Assembly (NCBI GenBank): GCA_963751345.1
Contig: CAVVUS010000028.1
Location: forward strand, 1-23,127
Source of the DNA: an uncultured Chloroflexia bacterium
GTDB taxonomy: Bacteria; Chloroflexota; Anaerolineae; B4-G1; SLSP01
Direction: 5' to 3'
DNA: 23,127 nt
The notes under the pieces were generated by a model that had not been told where the DNA came from, searched no databases, and was given only the letters and a program-made list of their open reading frames with translations. The translations under genes were made by a program, and so were the position numbers. Below are positions 17,644 through 23,127 of the stretch, piece by piece; positions within the stretch are counted from its first letter, which is position 1, and the number at the start of each line of letters is the position of its first letter.

Positions 17644-18864
17644 TCAGGCCGAGACGGCCTCAGCACGCATGTCCAGCATATAGATCTTGCGCTCCCCATC
17701 GTGGATCGTGTCCACCGTCAGAAAACGACCATCGGCCGACCAGCGGGGATGCAGGTCGCAACGCACGTCACCGGTGGCGCCGGACGTCTTGTGAACAAAC
17801 CGGCCAAGCTCGACGAGCTCACCACTTGTCACATCTACGAGCGCGAGGCGTTGAATGCCATCCGTGTTGGGATACGTGTCCGCGACCATCCAGCGCCCAT
17901 CGGGCGAGAAGTTGAGATGCCCGGCGGGGCCCATACCTGGCGAGATCCGGTGCGCCCGAAGTGGGTACCGTGTCTCATCGAAGACCACATACTCGTGCCC
18001 CCGCCCACACCAGTCTGCATCGACGAGGATTTCGCCGGGGGTACGGCCCCAGATCTGGTGCGAGATCGCTCCCCCTCGCCAGTGTAGGTCGGAGAGACTG
18101 CACCGCAAGTCACTGCCGTCAAGCCGCATCGTGTACATGAACGTCCGCCAGGGCGACGGCGGATCCATCTGCGGTGCATACCGAAAGAGGACCATCACAC
18201 GGCTCGCATCGCGGTTGAAGATCGCGTGGTTCAGCCACATATAGACGCCGCCCGGCTTCTGAGCCGCCAGGTCATAGGGCAAGGGATGACAGGCGATCAA
18301 CTGCCTATAGCTGGCGATCAGCTTGGGTCTGCCTGTGTGTAAGTCCACTAGAAAGAGGCCATCGCCATCCATATCGGGGTCGGGCGCCTCGCGCGGCAGC
18401 GCCGCCAGGGCGTATGAATACCCTCGGCGCGGAATGCGGCTGAAGTTCAGGGTAACGCCCCACCTCGCATCTACAGAGGTCGTATAGAGAGGCACGTCGA
18501 GACTGCCGGTTATGCCTCGGTCGAGGTTGTAGATCCGCGTGATAGGGCGCCAGCCGTGCGCCTCCCGAACGAAGTCATTGAAGACAAAGGTCCGAGGCTC
18601 GTGCGCCAGCCAGAGCGTCATAGCGCCCTGTTGATGGCACCAGGCAAGCGTCTCCGCCACCTTATGAAAGACACGCGTCTCTCGATCCACGTATCCGACG
18701 TCGGCGCTCTCGTTGGGCTCGGGCAGACGCTCCTGTTGGGGGATGCGCAGTGCCAGATGGTAACGGTTTCCGGCATCCCACGGACAGCGGTCATAGTAAC
18801 CAAAGGTGAAATGGCCGGGCTCAGGCGTCAGATTCACCCAATCGAACTCCGACGATATCTCCAT
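17644..18864 (-). CDS. Beta-propeller protein, distantly oligogalacturonate-lyase (PL22)/TolB-like; function unknown
   Basis: HFTFGYYD, WCHQQGAM, WLNHAIFN, ISHQIW, GHLNFSPDGRWMVADTYP, RCDLHPRWSADG. GAGGAGG RBS. Confidence 0.65.
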   Translation of the reverse strand: MEISSEFDWVNLTPEPGHFTFGYYDRCPWDAGNRYHLALRIPQQERLPEPNESADVGYVDRETRVFHKVAETLAWCHQQGAMTLWLAHEPRTFVFNDFVREAHGWRPITRIYNLDRGITGSLDVPLYTTSVDARWGVTLNFSRIPRRGYSYALAALPREAPDPDMDGDGLFLVDLHTGRPKLIASYRQLIACHPLPYDLAAQKPGGVYMWLNHAIFNRDASRVMVLFRYAPQMDPPSPWRTFMYTMRLDGSDLRCSLSDLHWRGGAISHQIWGRTPGEILVDADWCGRGHEYVVFDETRYPLRAHRISPGMGPAGHLNFSPDGRWMVADTYPNTDGIQRLALVDVTSGELVELGRFVHKTSGATGDVRCDLHPRWSADGRFLTVDTIHDGERKIYMLDMRAEAVSA

Positions 18865-18931
18865 TCAGGCTACCTCCTCTCAGGATTCTACTACCGGTTA
18901 GGTGGCACCACAAAGCAAGCCCGGCACAAGG

Positions 18932-18960
18932 TTGACAAGTCCGGCTCGCGGCGGTACAAC
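18932..18960 (+). promoter_or_regulatory. Sigma70-type promoter for the cytidylate-kinase-like gene
   Basis: TTGACA (18932-18937), 17-nt spacer, TACAAC (18955-18960), in the divergent intergenic region. Confidence 0.65.
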
Positions 18961-19074
18961 ATCAACCATATAGCAGAGCACGATGCCCCTCCACATCGAG
19001 AGAACCGAAACGCTTGACGGCATTGCAGACTTTGGCACGAGAACGCAGCAATCAGAGCACCTTGGAGGCGAAGT

Positions 19075-19752
19075 ATGGCTGTCATCACGATATCGCGGGA
19101 ACTGGGTAGTCTGGGCGACGTCATCTGCGATCTACTCTGCGAGGAGCTGGGGTACTGTCGCGTCGACAAGACCCTGCTTCTGCAGCTTGCAGAGGAGGCC
19201 GGCATCGACGTTGAGGCTATGTCGGAGTTGGAGAGCAGTTTCACCAAACGGTCACGTCTGGTCAGCGGCGAGATGACGTCGCTCTACCGTAAGCAGGCAT
19301 CGGCCTTTGACAGGAAGGGTGTGATCGACGATGTCACCTATGCCAGCGTCCTCAAAGAAGCCATGGAACGGTACGCCCGTGAGGGCAACGCGGTCGTGGT
19401 CGGGCGGGGCAGCCAAATGGTCCTCCGCGATTGGCCCGGCGCCCTTCACGTGAGACTCTATGCCCCAGAAGAAGTACGGACGCAGAGGCTGATGGCTCGC
19501 GAGGGCATCTCTCAGGCTGAAGCCGCGCGTCAGATCGAACAGTCAGACGAGCAGAAACGTCAGTATATCCGCCGAATGCACAACAACGCCGATTGGCGCA
19601 ACCTAAAATACTACAGCCTCGCCATCGACACATCAGCCATCGGGCCCGAGCTCGCAGCGAAGTTGATTGCCATGGCGGCGCGAGCAAAGGACGAGGAGGT
19701 CACACTGACCGGAATGCCACGCGTGGATCGCGATTTAGGGAGATGCGCCTGA
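19075..19752 (+). CDS. Cytidylate kinase-like family protein (Cytidylate_kin2 type)
   Basis: VITISRELGSLG, VVVGRGSQMVL, LHVRLYAP..R..R, SDEQKRQY, YSLAIDTS. GGAGG RBS. Confidence 0.88.
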   Translation: MAVITISRELGSLGDVICDLLCEELGYCRVDKTLLLQLAEEAGIDVEAMSELESSFTKRSRLVSGEMTSLYRKQASAFDRKGVIDDVTYASVLKEAMERYAREGNAVVVGRGSQMVLRDWPGALHVRLYAPEEVRTQRLMAREGISQAEAARQIEQSDEQKRQYIRRMHNNADWRNLKYYSLAIDTSAIGPELAAKLIAMAARAKDEEVTLTGMPRVDRDLGRCA

Positions 19753-19767
19753 GGCGATCCTGTCACC

Positions 19768-19803
19768 AAGTGCCGGGGACTTTTTGAAGAGTCCCCGGCA
19801 CTT
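19768..19803. terminator. Perfect 14-bp hairpin between convergent genes (bidirectional terminator or REP-like element)
   Basis: aagtgccggggact-ttttgaag-agtccccggcactt, followed by tcgtttc on the plus strand. Confidence 0.7.
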
Positions 19804-19820
19804 TCGTTTCAGCTATTCAG

Positions 19821-22800
19821 CTAATCCAGGGTGCGCATCATCTCCAGGGCCCCCTCGTGACCGGGTTCCTGAGCCAACACCTGAGCAAAGGTCCCCGCCG
19901 CAGCGGCCTTGTCACCCAGCCCAAGCTGCGCCAGCCCGATCTCGTAGGTCAGATGGACGCGCCGCCGCGTCTCCATATCCGCCTCCGCGAAGACGAACTC
20001 CGGCACGGAGGTCGCGAAGCCTCGCTCGGCTTGCGACGCCAGCCGTTCCTGAGCGGTCTTCAGCATCGTCTGCAGTTTCTCCTCGGCCTCCGCAGCCCGA
20101 CCCATTGCGCGGAGGGCCAGCGCCTGATAGTAGGAGGTCTCGGCCGCGCGGAACCAACTCCTGGCCTTCAGCGCCTCATTGAAGCTCTCGAGCGCACCCT
20201 CCTCATCGCCCAGGGCCCGTTTGGCCAGTCCTGTGTAGTAGCTGACATCGGCATCCGGCTGGAGCGAGCGTCTGCGCTCGCCCAGGTTTGGCGGGCAGGG
20301 CGCCTGGGCAGTTTCGAGATGCGTTAGCGCGATCTCCGGCTTGCCGGCATCCAGCGCCTCACGGGCCAACCGGACATAGGCATTCACGTACTGCTGCGAG
20401 ATCCTGCCTGTGCCACCCTCCCAAGGATGGAAGCGGCGAGACAACATATAGTCGAGGGCCACCTGAGGCTTCCCCGTCTCGTTGTAGAGCGTGGCAATTT
20501 CCACCGAGAGATCATCACGATCCCGTACCAGATCCATATGCCCCTCGAGCAGCGACAAGCGATCCTCGGGTGACACACCGGTGCGGCTGCGGAGCTGATC
20601 CAGCTCAGAGAGCACCCGCCCGTCGGCAGGGTTCAGCGCGAAAGCGCGCTCGTAAGGCGGATGGCCTTCTCCGGGTCGTGCTGGACGTTGTAGGCGGCGA
20701 TGCCCAGGTTGCGCCAGGGCGTGGCGAAACTCGGGTCGATGTCCACGCTGCGCTCCCAGTAACCGATCGCGTCCTGATAGCGTCGCTTGTCATAATACAG
20801 CGTGCCCAGGTAGTAGGCGATCCTGGCATCGCTCGGGTCGAGCAACTGCCCGTGCTCCAGGATCAGCATCTCCTCCAGACGGACCGGGAAACAGTAGTCC
20901 GTGGGCATGTGCGACGCCCGCGCGTAGGTCTCGCGAGCCTCGTCCGCCCTGCCCAGCTTGTGAGCGAAGTAGCCCAGCGCGTAGAGCACCATCGGGAAAG
21001 CGCTGCCATCGTCTGGATCGACCAGCCGACCCAGCACATCGGAGGCTTCCTCCCAGAGCGCCGCATCGGCGTAGTCGAAGGCCATGTCGAGATATGCCTG
21101 GATCTCCGACAGCCGATCGGGCACGTTCATCAGGTCCACCAGTTCGGCCAACTGGCTTCCGCGACGGCGGGCTCGTCCTGCGCGCGGCTGACAGCACAGC
21201 CTCGTTGCGCGACATCATGTCCAGCGGATCGAGCTCCACCGTGCCACAGGTCATCCGGGCTGCATCCTCAAGGCGGCCCAGGCGCCGCAGCATAGCCGTC
21301 TTCAGGTTGCGCGCCTTCATGTTCATCGTGTTGGTCCGCAGCGAGCGGTCGACGTGGTCCAGCGCCCGCGCAAATCGCGTCGCGCGCAATCGATCTCGGC
21401 CAAGGCATAGTAGGCGGGGCCTGCCAGGCATAGCTCCAGATAGCCTTGTAGAGCGCGCCGTAGGCCACGTCCAGATCCCCGGCAATCTTGAGCGTCATTC
21501 CCAGATTGTAGAAGGGCTCGCCGTCGCGTGGGTTCGGATTGCGGCGGGTCAGTTTGTCGATGGCTGCTGGAAATGCTTGACCGCGATAGCGAACTGGCCA
21601 CGGCGCTGGGCCACCAGCCCCATCGCGTTGTTACTGCGGACATCGGTTGGGTCCATCGCCAGGGCCGCCTCCCAGTAGGGCTCGGGTTCGATCGTGGGAT
21701 GGCGGTATTGCTCAAGGTGAAGCCCGGTGAGATAGAGCTCCTCGATGGAGTCGAAGGTCTCCGGCGGCGGCGGTGGCGTCATCGCCTCGGGCAAGGGCGG
21801 CTCCTCGATGGCCTGAGGCGCGTAGCGGATGACTTCGTACCCTTGTCATCGCAGAGCGGAGCAACAAATCGGTCTCGGCAAGAGCCTCGGACAACGTGAA
21901 TTCCGCAACAAACGGCTCGCCTGGCTCTAGATCCTGCGTCTCCTCCAGCAGCGTCTGGGTCCTCGCCGTGAGCGTCACGGTCGCGCCGGGCATCACCTCG
22001 GTGACGGCTACCCCGACTTTCGCCACGCCATCGGCCACCTCGAGGTTGACGGCAGCCCGACGGTTGGCGTTCTTGGCAGGCCCGATCTTCTGCACCGGAT
22101 ACCAGAACTGGCTGAAGGTCTTGGTCTCGTAGGGCTGCAGCCAGGAGAAATCGGGCTGGTTGTCGGTGTAGACGCCGGCCATCAGCTCGATGTAGGGGCC
22201 GTCCCCATCGGTGAGGTAGCCTCCCAGCCCTTGGCGAACTCCCCCGTGCCCCAAGTAAACATCTTCTTGCCCGGCGCGATGTAGCGATTCGCCACGTGGA
22301 TGATGCCCGCGTGGCCCGGTGATCGTAGCCACCGAAGTAATCGTAGTCCGTGTCCCAGACGAAGTAGGATGTCGAGTTGGGCACGTTCTTGTACCAACTG
22401 ATGTCGGTGCCCTGGCCGTCCTTGTCGTAGTCGACGCCGTAGTAGGTGCCCTTCGCAATCGGGAAATGCGACATCGAGCGCTTGGAGTGGTCGGTGACGA
22501 CGGTGACGTCAGGCGGGAAGACCGCCTGGTAGTCGTCGTGGACGTGAACGCCCACATTGACCCACCAAAGGAAGGTCTGCGCCTCGGGCGTGCGATTGAA
22601 GAGCTGCACCTTCATCTCGTAGAAGGCCTTGCCCGGATAGAGACAGATGCCTACCATCCCCTTCATGCGCTGCAGCGGGTCGTGCTCGCTGAACCAGGCG
22701 GTGACGCTCCCGTCGGGGGCCTCCTCGATCAGATGATAGGTGGGCATGAAGGTCGAGGGGCGGTGGTGCTGCGGCCAGTTGTACTCGACGCCACCGGAGA

Positions 22801-23127
22801 TCCACGAGCCGAAGAGCCCGATGAGCGCCGGCTTGACGACGTGCTGGCGGTAGATAAAGTGGTAGCCGTCGTCTTCTCCAGCTCGTGGATGCGCCCGCCG
22901 ATCTGGGGCGCACCATCAGGCGGATATATTCGTTCTCCAGGTAGACGGCAGTGTAGTTCTTTGGCTCGCTCTGGCTGGAGAGTCTTCGAGAAACGGGTTG
23001 GGATAGACCCGTCCACTGGTGCCCTGATTCACCCGTTTCTCCAGGAACATCGGGTTCAGGTCGGGTTCAGGCGGGATGTACGTCGGCAAGGTAACGGTTG
23101 CTTCCCATGCTTTGACACCAGATTTGG
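19821..23127 (-). CDS. DUF5107 + TPR-repeat protein (YphG-like), heavily frameshifted; start lies just beyond the right edge
   Basis: Pieces in alternating frames: VKAWEATVTLPTY...NPMFLEKRVNQGTSGRVYP, VYLENEY, KPALIGLFGSWISGGVEYNWPQHHRPSTFMP, APGKKMFTWG, YIELMAGVYTDNQPDFSWLQPYETKTFSQFWYP, LYLTGLHLEQYRH, TPR helices, RRFHPWEGGTG. Confidence 0.85.

Noticed and set aside
1965-18087. Long plus-strand ORFs (e.g. 1965..3194, 4247..5200, 5920..6705, 7035..7889, 12088..13110, 13250..14026, 17293..18087)
   Set aside because: They are antisense shadows of well-supported minus-strand genes in GC-rich DNA and show no recognisable motifs.
19768-19803. Terminal inverted repeat of an insertion sequence
   Set aside because: The arms are adjacent with an 8-nt loop and there is no transposase or target duplication; the position between convergent stop codons fits a terminator or REP element.

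Overview
GC-rich bacterial window; Chloroflexota/Anaerolineae-like is my inference from gene content and intergenic repeats. All genes but one lie on the minus strand. The core (about 1.7-18.9 kb) is a co-oriented carbohydrate-catabolism cluster. In transcription order it encodes a beta-propeller protein, an enolase-superfamily acid-sugar dehydratase, an alpha/beta hydrolase, a fucose/arabinose-isomerase-family protein, GH5, GH38 alpha-mannosidase, a sulfatase-fold enzyme with Thr at the nucleophile site, a GH16 lipoprotein, a clan GH-A hydrolase, a GGT-family Ntn hydrolase coupled to a URO-D/MtaA-like protein, a membrane-anchored hypothetical protein and a DUF4091 (GH123-like) protein. These are followed by azlC/azlD and the 5' end of a CoxM/XdhB-type FAD subunit. 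At the right end are a divergently transcribed cytidylate-kinase-like gene with a near-consensus sigma70 promoter and a convergent DUF5107-TPR (YphG-like) gene. Five genes carry frameshifts that look like long-read consensus indels. No rRNA, tRNA, CRISPR array or transposase was seen. The most unusual signals are the Thr-nucleophile 'sulfatase', the GGT plus URO-D-like pair inside a glycan locus, and a family of 7-mer/8-mer repeats and hairpins at gene junctions, two of which supply stop codons. I cannot establish a new system from sequence alone; the best candidate is a pathway that removes substituents from decorated glycans.
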